Of a DNA stretch of 64,000 nucleotides, positions 9,801-20,514 are shown in pieces (the first letter of the stretch is position 1; every line of letters begins with the position of its first letter). Under the pieces are notes generated by a model. It made no database searches, was not told where the DNA came from, and saw nothing but the letters and a program-made list of their open reading frames with translations. Location: positions 1 to 64,000 of IMG/VR virus record IMGVR_UViG_3300037067_005519. One strand, written 5' to 3'. Made by a program: the position numbers and the translations under genes. This stretch comes from a virus. Taxonomy: Duplodnaviria; Caudoviricetes.

Positions 9801-10563
9801 GCCCGCTCGGCAACGTGATAGCGTTAATGCACCGCTTGCCGGCGGCGCAGTGTTGCGGGCCGTCGCTCTCTTCGCTATCGTCGCCGCGCTTCGGATAATC
9901 GTCGCTGTCGTAAGTGGTTTCATCGTCGGGGCGGGCCGGGGCCTTGCCCTCTCTTTTCAGGCGCTTGCGAATCGCCTTGCCGCAATCGTTGCACCACAAG
10001 TCAGCCTGATAAATGTAGCTCATTGTTTCGGTTCCGGCCGTGGTTGTGGCGGCACGTTTCGCGGCGGGTAAAGTCCCCATGCTCCCACCTTATGCTTGCC
10101 TTGCTTGTGCTTTCCCCAATGCGAATGCGCCACAAGCGCACCGATCTGGAAAGCCATGCGTCGAAAATCGTTGTCGCCCCTCATAGGTCACACGGGTAGT
10201 CAGTCGCGCCGGCCTTGTGCTGCGCCCGGTAGTGGGCGCGGCTGATAGCGGCTTGTCGGGCGCGGTATTCGTCACGGCTCTTGCGGCCCATGCGCCACTG
10301 TCGAGCTACAAGCTCTGACAATCGCAAGGCCCGGCCGTATATCGTCAAGTCGCGTGTCATGCTTCCACCGCTGCAAAGGTCCAAGTGGGATTTAGGCGCT
10401 GCAATTCACCTAAGCACACGTCAACCCGATGCTCTGGAATGCGGGAAGCGTGAATGCGCAAGGTGGTAGTCTTCGCGCGTTTGCCGTCACTGCCGGCCCC
10501 GGCCAGCAAGACGGCCCGCCGCATTCCCTTGCCCTTGCATCGAATGTAGTATTCTTTCGTCAT
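6833..10563 (-). other. Cluster of small hypothetical early genes (6833-7054, 7057-7323, 7323-7484, 7648-8313, 8310-8522, 8519-8680, 8677-8877, 8899-9114, 9181-9417, 9422-9655, 9652-10023, 10357-10563)
   Basis: Abutting or overlapping same-strand ORFs with coupled stops and starts; several have CxxC motifs. Confidence 0.7.
8885..8913 (-). promoter_or_regulatory. Repeated early promoter/operator, copy 1 (probably leaderless)
   Basis: TTGACT-atgggctagcattgtgg-TATAGT; ATG at 8877 lies 7 nt after the -10. Confidence 0.85.
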
Positions 10564-10726
10564 GGTTTAGTCGGGCTGGTAGCCGGTGCCTTGCATGATT
10601 TCGCAAGCAAGGTCATAGATTTCCTGCATCCGCTCGGCAAGGGTTTCGGCCGGGTGGCTCGCGTCGGCGCGGCCTTGGATTTCGTACACTCGGCTTAGGA
10701 TTTCGTCGCTTCCCATTCGCTTCTCC

Positions 10727-10948
10727 CTAGTCTACCAGATACCACGGGGCAGTGCGGGCAAAGCCCGGCTCTTCCGTCACGGGCCGGCGAAGTCGCCCGG
10801 CCGTTTTGATTCGCACGGCCCGGCCGGTGGTCACGTTGACCCCTTCCCACCCGCCGTAAGGCGATTCGCCTTTGATCTTCACGCGGGTCAAGCTGCCGGA
10901 AACCTTGACAACGTATTCGCGGCCGATTTCGACTTGGCTTTTCAGCAT
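10727..10948 (-). CDS. Small beta-rich protein typical of Planctomycete mobile elements
   Basis: MLKSQVEIGREYVVKVSG...GGWEGVNVTTGRAVRIKTAGRLR; RBS GGAGCAACCACCATG. Confidence 0.75.
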   Translation of the reverse strand: MLKSQVEIGREYVVKVSGSLTRVKIKGESPYGGWEGVNVTTGRAVRIKTAGRLRRPVTEEPGFARTAPWYLVD

Positions 10949-10969
10949 GGTGGTTGCTCCTCTACTTAT

Positions 10970-10998
10970 ATCATACCACAATGCTGGCCCATTGTCAA
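10970..10998 (-). promoter_or_regulatory. Repeated early promoter/operator, copy 2
   Basis: TTGACA-atgggccagcattgtgg-TATGAT. Confidence 0.9.
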
Positions 10999-10999
10999 G

Positions 11000-11455
11000 T
11001 CAAAATTGCGGTTGCTCGCGGGGCGTATAGTCGGGGGTGTTTTCCGCCGTCATGGGCGGCCCAAAGCTGGCCGTGTTGCCGGCGCTGTCGATTAGGATAG
11101 AGCGGAAGGGGCGCGGGGGCAACTCGATTCGCTTGGCAACCCGGTATAGCGATTCTTCCGTTCCCCATATTTCGTTGACCGGCCCGTCTTTCGCGCCCGG
11201 CTGATTGCCGGCAAGTTCCTGCCAACGGTAGCGGTACACGGGCGGCGCGGCGTCATACTGCGCTTTGATCTTCGCATACTCTTCCGGCTCTTGGATTGCC
11301 CTTAGCAAGTCGGTGGCAACGTAGCGGTCGCCCTGCCTTGCTTCGCGCTGCAAAGCGCGAATAAGGCATTGCAACGGCTCGGCATTCAGCCCTTGCAAGG
11401 CGCATATTGCGCTGCCGGTGTTGGGGTCGGTTCCGGTTTGCACAAGTTGGAACAT
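11000..11455 (-). CDS. Hypothetical protein
   Basis: ORF track; preceded by a CACAACCACAAC leader; stop abuts promoter copy 2. Confidence 0.65.
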   Translation of the reverse strand: MFQLVQTGTDPNTGSAICALQGLNAEPLQCLIRALQREARQGDRYVATDLLRAIQEPEEYAKIKAQYDAAPPVYRYRWQELAGNQPGAKDGPVNEIWGTEESLYRVAKRIELPPRPFRSILIDSAGNTASFGPPMTAENTPDYTPREQPQF

Positions 11456-11479
11456 GGTAGTGTTGTGGTTGTGGTTGTG

Positions 11480-12124
11480 TTACCGCTTCGCGGTTCGCTT
11501 CGCGGTTCGCTTGGCGGTTCGCTTGGCGGGTTTCTCTGCCCGCGCTTGCCAGTCGTCGGCGCTGATATAGCGGGCGGCCGGGGTGTTGCCCTTCTCGGCA
11601 ATCAGGGCGGCAAGCTCTTTCTTCACCTTTGCCACGGGGAACCCAGCGCACGGCCGGTATCCGCCGGCAAGCGATTCTGCCGCGCTTTCCAGCGTAGTGG
11701 GCGAATCCCCGCCTTCCGATTCGTTGTCGATTTCCGCCATCAGCAAGCGCTTGAGTTCCGGCGAAAGTTTCGACCCCATGCCGATCTTGTAGGCGGCGTC
11801 GATTGCCGTCTCGGCTTCCCCTATCCAATCGTAATCGACATGCCCGCCCGCGTTGTGGGCGTCACACGCGGCGCTCGCCCGCTCTAGGGCGGCAAGCAAC
11901 TGGTTGGGGATGGTGAGAAATTCCAAGTCGTGTTCGGTATTCAGCCGTTCACAAAGCTCGTCGATTTCCAATTCCCCCAGCGGTTGCAAGTGGCCGGCGT
12001 CACTGGCAATGTCATACTCGGCAAGGCATTGGGGCTTAGTTGCTCCCCCGATGCCCTTGCGCTGCCAGTAGCGCAGCCCGGCAAGTATGGTGGCGAATGC
12101 CCGATGATCGACGTTAAGATACAT
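11480..12124 (-). CDS. Conserved phage protein with C-terminal (KRTA)n tail
   Basis: ATILAGLRYWQ...EIDELCERLN motif; a 12-bp tandem encodes AKRTAKRTAKRTAKR. Confidence 0.7.
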   Translation of the reverse strand: MYLNVDHRAFATILAGLRYWQRKGIGGATKPQCLAEYDIASDAGHLQPLGELEIDELCERLNTEHDLEFLTIPNQLLAALERASAACDAHNAGGHVDYDWIGEAETAIDAAYKIGMGSKLSPELKRLLMAEIDNESEGGDSPTTLESAAESLAGGYRPCAGFPVAKVKKELAALIAEKGNTPAARYISADDWQARAEKPAKRTAKRTAKRTAKR

Positions 12125-12925
12125 GGTTTTCTCCGTTGGGGTTGCAAGCCGGGTGGAAATAGTTAAAGGCCGGCGCTGGCATACAAGTGGTTTGCCAAGT
12201 CCGCACAACAATCAGCGGACTATCGCCGATAGGTTGCTTGCAACCGGCGCAAGAGCATTCCACCATTGCCTTGTTGCCGGGGTTCGCGCGTTGCTCGTAT
12301 CGGTCCATTGTGTACATCATTCGCCTCTCTTCAGCGCGGCAATCGCGGCCTCTTTGCTGATATGGAATTTGCACTTGAACCCGTCGCGCTGCGCTAGTGC
12401 ATACCAGTCACGCCGGGGCAACGGTTGGGAATAGGCCATCTTGCGGTCTATCAAAGCCACTTCGGGATTGTACGGAATGCGGGGGTCGCGCTCTCCACGC
12501 CACAACACTTGCGAATAGGCGGGAACCCAGCGGTAGCCCGGCCGTGGTTTCCGTGGCGTTGCCGTGCCCCGCTCTACGTTGCCGTTCGGGTATAGGTGCG
12601 CGATTGTCATGCCAGCCTCCAAGCGTATCGCAATTCGTTGTCGTTGTCGGGGTCGCGCGTCACGCGGTAGTCAACTCCGCAATGGTCGGTCACAAGCCAC
12701 ACGTTGGGCGCTGCCAAGTGCATAGCGTTGTTAATGACGGTATGGCATTCGTTGCCCAGTGCCAAGTAGTCGCCAAGCGCCGGCCGTTGCGGCTTGGCAA
12801 GGCCGCACTTGCACACGCGGATATGCCGGCAATTCGATTCGCCGCATTCGCACGGCCACACGTTGCCGGTGGGCTTGCCGCCGATCTTACTTGTCGTACC
12901 GTGTTGGCAGAGTGAACAAAGCATG

Positions 12926-13681
12926 TTACGGCTCAAAATCTTTGATCTTGGATTCGACCATCTTGCGAATGTCTGCCGCTTTCACGGCGGCAATCGCTTC
13001 CTCAGTGTCGGCCTCTGCCGACTTCCGTAGGCTGCGCAATTCGTTGTACTCTTCGCGGGTTCGCTTGTCCATACCCTCTAGCTCTTCGCGGCGGTCGCGG
13101 CGCTCTTCCGCCGTTTGCTCCCTATCGTCAAGGTCGATGGTGAGAGAATCGTACCCGTCGTTTATCCGTTCGATAAGGCGCTGGAATTCGGCATAGACGG
13201 CGTTGCCGTAGGTGTAGGCCGCTTGCGCGATGATTGCCCGGTCGGGTTCCAAGCTCTCCCATAGTCCCTTGTCGGTTTCGACGTGTTGCCGCAAGTCGCG
13301 TATGACTTCGGCGGCCTCTGTCAAGTCATAGTCTTTGTCGGTATGACTTTCGTGGTGGTATTCATCCCCGCCGGGGTAATCGTTTAGCAAGTCTTCGCTT
13401 GCCTTGCCGCTGTCAACTAGCGCCTCGACAATTTCGTCAAGGAAGTTGTCGGCGGTTGCGGCGGCGTCGCGCTGCGCGTCGCCCTCATAGTTGGGTCGCG
13501 CCGGCGGCGTTGTGGCCGTGTAGGGCATTACCGTGGCAAAACTCATTTTGTAGCCCTTGCGGCGCAGCTTGACCTTGCCCAGCGCGTCACAAACGGTTGC
13601 CCTTACGGCCGTGGCCGTTTCACTTAATGGTTGCCCCGGAAAATCGTCAACGTCGATGGAAACAAGCAGCATGATTGTCAT
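12926..13681 (-). CDS. Ocr-like acidic DNA-mimic candidate with N-terminal extension and coiled-coil tail
   Basis: Very D/E-rich; ETDKGLWESLEPDRAIIAQAAY resembles T7 Ocr [23 protein letters not shown] (recalled); early-region location. Confidence 0.45.
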   Translation of the reverse strand: MTIMLLVSIDVDDFPGQPLSETATAVRATVCDALGKVKLRRKGYKMSFATVMPYTATTPPARPNYEGDAQRDAAATADNFLDEIVEALVDSGKASEDLLNDYPGGDEYHHESHTDKDYDLTEAAEVIRDLRQHVETDKGLWESLEPDRAIIAQAAYTYGNAVYAEFQRLIERINDGYDSLTIDLDDREQTAEERRDRREELEGMDKRTREEYNELRSLRKSAEADTEEAIAAVKAADIRKMVESKIKDFEP

Positions 13682-13836
13682 TAGGCCGGCTCCACAAAGT
13701 AGCGGATTGCCGGAAAGACGCGCTGCCAGATAGCAGCTTGCTTGTCGGCGGCGGCCCGGTTCGGATAGCGGCTTATGCCCGTCACGGGCAAAGCCACGCC
13801 GTACCGCACGGGCCGAATCCATTTGATCTTGAACAT
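13681..13836 (-). CDS. Hypothetical protein (51 aa)
   Basis: Hand-translated MFKIKWIRPVRYG...; directly after promoter copy 3. Confidence 0.55.
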   Translation of the reverse strand: MFKIKWIRPVRYGVALPVTGISRYPNRAAADKQAAIWQRVFPAIRYFVEPA

Positions 13837-13859
13837 GGTTGCTCTTCCCTTATACCACA

Positions 13860-13888
13860 ATCATACCACAATGCTGCCCCATTGTCAA
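13860..13888 (-). promoter_or_regulatory. Repeated early promoter/operator, copy 3
   Basis: TTGACA-atggggcagcattgtgg-TATGAT. Confidence 0.9.
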
Positions 13889-13897
13889 GTCAAAATG

Positions 13898-14593
13898 TCA
13901 GAATACAAAGCCTAGCTCTTCCACGGCGGCCTGAAATTCTGCCATCAAAGCCGGCAGTCTGGCCTTTAGCTTCTCTGCCAAGTCGGGGGCGGTCAATTCA
14001 TCGTCGGTAGCGTCGGGCCATACGGCCGTGCTACGGGCGGCGTCAAGGTCGCGCTCTTTGCCCTCATGCAAAAGCCACGGCACGGGTACGATTTCCCCGC
14101 CTACCCGCTCGGCCATCGCTTCGGCCTCTTCGCGGTCGGGCAGCTTGTGTTCGTCGCCGGCTTCCACGTCAAAGACAAGGTTGCCGTTGACGCGCACGTT
14201 GTAGCGGTAGGTTCGCACGTCGCCCTTGCGCCCGCCCCAACAATCGCGGTCGCTCGCGTGATAGACCGTATTGGCAACGTAGTGCATCGGTTCATCGGCG
14301 CTTACTAGGTGCCACTTGATATACTTGGCAAGCTCCGGCAACCGCTCGGCAATCACGTCATGCACACAACCCCCGCCATTCAGCCAAAGGGTTTGCCCGT
14401 CTTTGTGGGCAATGCGGCGCTCGCCCGGCTGTCGGTAGGTCTGGAAAATGTCGCCGGTGATAGCAAAGCTGTTGTGTCCGTTGCCGCATTTATCGTCATA
14501 GCGGACGTGGGCAATCAGGGTTTCCGGCTTGCCGTCAACGTAGTAGTCGGCGCGGAACGTCTTGACTTGTTTCTTTGTCAGTATGCTCGGCAT
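13898..14593 (-). CDS. Conserved phage protein (YDDxCxNGHNSFxITG / KWHL...PMHY family)
   Basis: RYDDKCGNGHNSFAITGD...GGCVHD...KWHLVS.DEPMHYVANTVYHA. Confidence 0.8.
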   Translation of the reverse strand: MPSILTKKQVKTFRADYYVDGKPETLIAHVRYDDKCGNGHNSFAITGDIFQTYRQPGERRIAHKDGQTLWLNGGGCVHDVIAERLPELAKYIKWHLVSADEPMHYVANTVYHASDRDCWGGRKGDVRTYRYNVRVNGNLVFDVEAGDEHKLPDREEAEAMAERVGGEIVPVPWLLHEGKERDLDAARSTAVWPDATDDELTAPDLAEKLKARLPALMAEFQAAVEELGFVF

Positions 14594-14616
14594 GGTGGTT
14601 GCTCCCTTATACTACA

Positions 14617-14645
14617 ATCATACCACAATGCTGGCCCATTGTCAA
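14617..14645 (-). promoter_or_regulatory. Repeated early promoter/operator, copy 4
   Basis: TTGACA-atgggccagcattgtgg-TATGAT. Confidence 0.9.
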
Positions 14646-14646
14646 G

Positions 14647-15357
14647 TCAAACGTAGAAGAATTTGGTTCCCGGCTCGGCGGCCTTGACGGCGGCCCGCAA
14701 GCGTTGCAATTTCGCCACGTCGCCCGGCTCTTGCTCGGCGTTGTCTTTGTGCCATGCCAGATTGCCGTCGATTTCCGCCAGTATGCCGGCCTTGTGTTCG
14801 GCCGATTGCACTTCGCGGGTGGAAGCAAAGGCGTACAAGGCGCTTTCCTGCCCGCCGTGCCATGCAAAGGCCGTGGCAACGATAGGCTCATAGGCGGCGT
14901 CGGGTTCTGCGCCCTCTTCCGGTTCGGGCGGGTAGCCGGCGGCGTCGATCTTCTCATTCGCCACGTCGGCGTATTCCGTCATTTCGTCATAGGGCAAGTC
15001 GGCGGTCACGCCACACGCGCGGCAACCCTCTTCCCATTCGTCGCCGTACCGATCTTGGATAGAAACCCCGTGGCCCCGGACGCCCAGCAAGAGGTCGCTA
15101 AGCGCGTCGATTTCCTTTTCAGCGCCCACGATTCCGCCGGCCGCGAAAATGTCGGCAACCGGCTTGCCCAGCGCCTTGTCGATCTTTGCCAAGAGCGGGC
15201 GGATAATCGGGTTGTGTTCGGCCGGCGTCAAGGGCACAACGTAGGTGCAAAGGTTCTGCCCGCCGGGGAAGTGCCCGCCCCTTTGCTCTAGGGCGTCGGC
15301 GAATTCGGAAGAGTAGATGATATGGGCGGCCCCATAGACAACGGCGTCGGTAAACAT
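14647..15357 (-). CDS. Acidic hypothetical protein
   Basis: ORF track; RBS GGAGCAACCATG; WHGGQxSALYAFAST motif; stop abuts promoter copy 4. Confidence 0.7.
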   Translation of the reverse strand: MFTDAVVYGAAHIIYSSEFADALEQRGGHFPGGQNLCTYVVPLTPAEHNPIIRPLLAKIDKALGKPVADIFAAGGIVGAEKEIDALSDLLLGVRGHGVSIQDRYGDEWEEGCRACGVTADLPYDEMTEYADVANEKIDAAGYPPEPEEGAEPDAAYEPIVATAFAWHGGQESALYAFASTREVQSAEHKAGILAEIDGNLAWHKDNAEQEPGDVAKLQRLRAAVKAAEPGTKFFYV

Positions 15358-15382
15358 GGTTGCTCCCTAGTTATAGCAAGTT

Positions 15383-16558
15383 CTAATCGGTTGTAGCTTC
15401 GCACTTGTCCGAACAATAGCCCCGCCGGTGCGCGCCCACGGTGGGATTGATTCCGAATTGTGTATTGCAGCCGGTGCAAGCCCGGTTGCCGGGGAAGCCC
15501 GCTTGTCGGCACATTCGCAAAATGGTTTGCGATTCCATATCATCATCGGAACGGTAGACAAGCTGCCCGGCCGGGTCGCCCACGGTCACGGTGATTCGCC
15601 AAGCCTTGCCGTCAAGGTAGTAAAAGGTATCTTCCCCGAACGTGCCCAGCTTTGTGGCTTGCGTTGCCAGCATGGCGGCGGCGTTGTCTTGTGCCTTGAC
15701 CCAATACATGGCTTATCCCCCAATGGTTTCTAGCGGGTGGCGCTTTTGATAGAGCGCGGGGTCTTTGCGAAAGGCATAGGCCCAATGCTCGACAAAGCTA
15801 TAGAGGCGGTCACGGCCCCGGTTGTCGTTGCGCTCTAGGCTGCGCTTCCATTGCGAATCGTTGGCGTGAAACCAGCGGGTCCAAACGTCGGTATGCTTGA
15901 CAAACCACTCGCATTGTGCCGGCGTCAATTCGTGGTCCATTCGCCCCAACACGGTTTCGGCAACCACGTCGGGCATGATTGCCGTGCGCTTCTCGAATTC
16001 TTCCCGTGGCGTCGGGGGCAGCTTGGCGTTGTCAAGGTCAAGCTGTCGAATCGCCGCAAGGCCGCTAGGTCCGATCTTGTTTCGGACTCGCATAAGCTCC
16101 GGGGAACAATTCGCGTGTTCCCACCGCACTTGCAATTGCGATTTCCAGCGGCGGCCGTGGGTCACGGCAAAAGTTTTCAGGGCGGTCAATTCAGTTTGAT
16201 CGAGCATGGCGATACCTTACTATGTCTTGTGCCACGGTGGCCGGCTCTTTGTGAAACAAGTCGGCAAGTAGCAGAGTGGAAATGTACCCGGCTACCACGG
16301 CGGCGTCTTGTGCGTCGGCGCTGCCGGGGCTGTCATTCTCGGCAATCCACGCCACGCCAAACTTGTATCCTTCCCTTGTCATTTCTCGGTTTGCTCGCGT
16401 AGGTATTCGTCTTCGCGGATTTCGGCAAGCAAGTCTTGCGCGGCTTTCCGCAAGCCGGGGCGGCCGTGCATGGCGGCCCGCAAGGCGGGGCCATAGTAAA
16501 TCGCCAAGCTAAGACGGTCAAACAACTCCGGCACGGTCAAGTCTGCTACGGGTTTCAT
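15383..16558 (-). other. Small early genes 15383-15709, 15713-16207 (HGRxWKxxL...RNxxGP family), 16191-16382, 16379-16558
   Basis: Coupled ORFs downstream of promoter copy 5. Confidence 0.7.
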
Positions 16559-16582
16559 CGTGGTTGCTCCCTTTCTACTTTA

Positions 16583-16611
16583 ATCATACCACAATGCTGC
16601 CCCATTGTCAA
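16583..16611 (-). promoter_or_regulatory. Repeated early promoter/operator, copy 5
   Basis: TTGACA-atggggcagcattgtgg-TATGAT. Confidence 0.9.
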
Positions 16612-16617
16612 GTAAAT

Positions 16618-16655
16618 CGACCCGCCGGCCCGTGGACTAGACGGGCGGCGGGCCG
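16618..16655 (-). terminator. GC-rich hairpin upstream of promoter copy 5
   Basis: cccgccggcccgt...acgggcggcggg inverted repeat; short U-run on - strand. Confidence 0.45.
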
Positions 16656-16709
16656 GCAATACGGCCAATACGGGCTAAGGGGACTATCCGGCCTGTATCG
16701 GCCGGTTCT

Positions 16710-19700
16710 CTACTCTATGGTTTCCTGCCATTCGTCGGCAAACAAGTCGGCGAAAGGCCGGGTTGCCGGGTGGCACTTGTCGCCGGGTTTCAGCCCCGGC
16801 CAAGCGGGGTCTAGGCGCTCTTGCACAAAGCGGGCGGCGCTATCGCGGAATTCTTCACTGCCCGCCCAATCCCACACGCCCATGCCCTCCCCGCTTGTCT
16901 GCGCGAAGAGAATGGCAAGGGCCATGCCGGCGGTATCCATCGCCATGCTGATTGCATGGTCGATAGATTCCCGATGCTTGTTGTACTCGGCAAGCGGGAT
17001 AGTGTCGGGAATGCAAGCCTCTATGCGGTCGAATGCCGCCGCTAGAATCCACTCGGCAACACAAGCAATCTGTTCGCGCGTGAAGCGCGGGCCGTTGCGG
17101 TTGAATTCGCGGTCGATCTTTTCATCGGACCACAAGAGCGCTTCCAAGATGGTGCGCGCCACGCGCCGGTGGTATCGGTCACTGCCGGCCCCCGACGTGG
17201 CGGCGGCGCGAAGTTCACTGCGCGCCAGTTCGATCATATCATCTTCCGTTCGGCCGTCGAATGCAGTCCAGTCCCCGCCCTCTTCCGGGTTCTCATAGCG
17301 CTCTAGTTCGCGCTCGGGAACGGAATGCCCGGCCATCGTGCAATTCTCGTTGTAGATAAACAGCTTCACGATTGCGCTCCCTTGTCAGAGTAGACGGTGC
17401 CCAGCAATTCCGAACCGGGGCAGACGGCGGTTTCGCTTGGCAGCGCGAACCCGTCGATCAAGCGCGGCTCATGGTTTCCGGGCACGGCAATTTTCAGCTT
17501 GCCGATTTCTCCGTCGATCTTGACCGGCAAGTTGCAATGCGAACATTGCACGTAGGGCGTTGCTAGTTTCTCCATGCTTTGCCTTTCACGTTGTAGGTTT
17601 TCATCCGGGCGTCAATTCGATTACGTCGGTTGCATCGTCACGGCTCGCGTCGGCGAACACAACCAGCCGGGGCCTGCCCTCTTTCGTTTCCAGCCACGCG
17701 ACAACCCGGTTGCCGATTGCCAAGGCAATCTTATCGGGTTTGATTTCCACGTTGGCGGTCACGCGCGGGCCGTTGCCCAGTGCATCGGTTAGGATTGCTT
17801 GTATCATCATGTTCCTTTGCAAGTGCAAGCCCCGCCCTTGTGTTCCGGGTGGTCTTGCCAGCCGGCCGGGCAGTCTTGCTTGTGGTCAGAGAATGGGCAA
17901 GTCACGTCGCCGCAATATCCGCCCGGCGTCAAGGCGGTTCCGCAACGGTCACACGTTTCGCCGCGCAGATTTTCGACGGTCACGTTGCCGTAGGTCCGTT
18001 GCGCGGCGGCAACTACGCTTTGCTTCTCTTCGCGGTTGCGCACGCTATGCCGGCTCAACAGCTTGCCGTCTTTGTGTAGGGTAAAGGAAATGGGGAAGTC
18101 GGTTTGCGGCGCTTCGGTCGCTTCGCCGACTTCGCCCAGCATGATGGAAATGCTTTCGCTCATATCGTGAACGTGCCCCTCGCCCTGCCCGTAGCGAATG
18201 GCGTGTTCGATTGCTTCGCGCACGCTTCGCAACACGCGGGGCTTGTCGGCAAGCTGGCCGGCGTCTTCCTGCCCTTCCACGTCAAGGGTGATGGTCAATT
18301 CTACTTTCATGCTTTCACCTTTCGGATTGCTGATAGGGTCCAGAGAAGTGGCGGTCAATATCATCGTCGAGCGCTGCCGCTTCGGCGCGAACCCGGTCTA
18401 TGCCTTGCTGCGCTTCCACGTCGGTATCGTAAGGCCCAAAGGTTTCCGTTCCGAATTCGGCGCTCGACACGTCAAAGTACCAAGTCATGCTTTCACCTTT
18501 CGGAAGTCGGAAGGCTCTACCGATCCTTGCACGGTCGGGTTTGCCTTCCACGCGCCGCGCGGCGTCTTGTAGCCCAGCCGAGTATGCAGCCCATACGTTT
18601 CGGCGTAGCGCTCGAATTCCTCATAGTTGGCGTAGCCGTCGCGCAACTTTTCTTGCCAGCCCATTAGGCCGCTCTTGCATCTTACTCGGCGCATAATTCT
18701 CTCCCTTCCGAAAGGCGGTCGGTCGAAACCCATTGCTGCCCGGCCCCATTCAATGGAGTCACTAGGCAATCGACCCGCGAAAAGACTTGCCGGCTGTCTA
18801 AGACGCGCACGGCAACCTTGAGCGGGCCAATGGTGAGAATGCCCATTCTCGGATGCAACGGTCGCATTTCGTTTGTGGTTCGCATTGTCAGACTCCAAAG
18901 GCTAGTGGAAAGGGGCTTGTGTGTTTCGGCTCACGTATAGCAAGGGCATGGCCCCGCAAACCCGCCGCTGCCCGGCCGCTTGCTATGCCGGCCGGGGCGA
19001 CGTTGCACAAGTCCCTTTCCTCTAGCCCTCATACCCCGTGGTTTTCATCGTGTTAAAGACAACCTCGTGCCCTTCACCCGCCTTGACGGAAAAGTGATAC
19101 CAGTCGAATGGGCGCGGCTCCACTTGGAACCATGCCGAACGCTCTAGCAATTTCGTCGCCGCTTCCGTTGCGTTGCGTGTTCCTTCCACTTGCCAAGTTG
19201 CTAAGCCATTCATCGAATCGTCCCTTCCTTTACCAGCTTGCGCAGTAGGCGGTATGCCTCTTGCGGCGTTGTGACAGTCCAGTAGCCGAACGTGTTGCCC
19301 GGCTTGTATTCGCCCATGTTGTTGGGGTCACGCAGAAATTGCGGATAGACAAGCACGGTGTAGTCCAGCGGCGTATCCTCTGATAGGTTACGTTCCCATT
19401 GCTCTTGCAATAGGTCCGCTTCGCGCCACGCGCGGCGCTGGATTAGCCGGTCGCGCTTCTCTTGCATGGCGGCCGGCATGGTAAGCCGCGCGCCCAGTCC
19501 GATTTCCGGTGTATCCATTTCGATCTTGTCTGCGCCGGGGTAGACAAACGCCCCGCCGCTAAGCCGGTGCGAATTAAACCGCACTTGCACGTTGCAAGCA
19601 AAGTGCCCTTGCAACCACTCGGCAAAGCGGGCCACGGCGCGGTCAAGTCGTTTCGTCTTGCCGTCAAAGCCCCCGCCGGGCAACGGCCCGCCCCACGGTA

Positions 19701-20513
19701 CGCCGGGGCTGATTCCGATAGAGCGCGTGATTGTCGCCGTCATGGTTTGCTCTTACGTGTGAAAGGTATGCTGCCCGTAGGACTCGACTTCGCGCCACCC
19801 CTTTTCGACAAGCCACGCCACGAATTCACTGTCGGCGTCGGGCGTCGGCTCCTCTTCCCGCCACTCTTCCCACAAGGCGTCAAGGGCGGCGTCGGTATCA
19901 TCATCGGCCACGGTTGCCGGCGGCGTCACGGTGCCGATGATATACGCTTCCGCTTCGCCCTCTTGTTGTACAAACAGAGTGATTGTCACGGTTTGCTCCG
20001 CATGATGCTTGCCGGGTATTGTCCGCAATGCCGGCAATAGTTGACGTTCGGGTGAATACCAGCGGCGTGTAGGACACGGGCGTCAAGTCGCGTGTCCGAT
20101 TGCTCCCCGCACACGCTACACTTGTGAACGGCGTAGCCCGACAAGAGCGCGGGGTTTGCCAACAGTCGGGCGGCTTCCTCTTGCGCCGCTTGCAAGTCCA
20201 CGTCGCCCTCTTCGCTTACCTTTTCCCATAGGACGGTTCTCTTGCCGAATTCGGCCAGCCCCACGGCGGCCTCTTCCGGCGTCGGCTCGCCCTTGTAGCC
20301 CACGGTGGCCTCTAGGCAATCTTTGATTGTGGCGGCCGTTTCCAAGCAAGCCGACACTAGGAAAAGCGCGGTCCAAGTTTCATCTTCCGGCCGGCTACTG
20401 TCAGACTCATTCGTCGGCTCGACAAAGAGCATAAGCCAACAGTCGCCGATTCCCGGCACGGCAACCGGCTCGGTGTAGATGCTACGGTAGTCGGCATTCT
20501 GGTATTCGCGCAT
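16710..20513 (-). other. Cluster of small hypothetical early genes (16710-17369, 17366-17575, 17601-17810, 17807-18310, 18315-18488, 18485-18694, 18682-18885, 19022-19213, 19210-19743, 19753-20037, 19986-20513)
   Basis: Coupled same-strand ORFs; several strongly acidic. Confidence 0.65.
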
Positions 20514-20514
20514 G

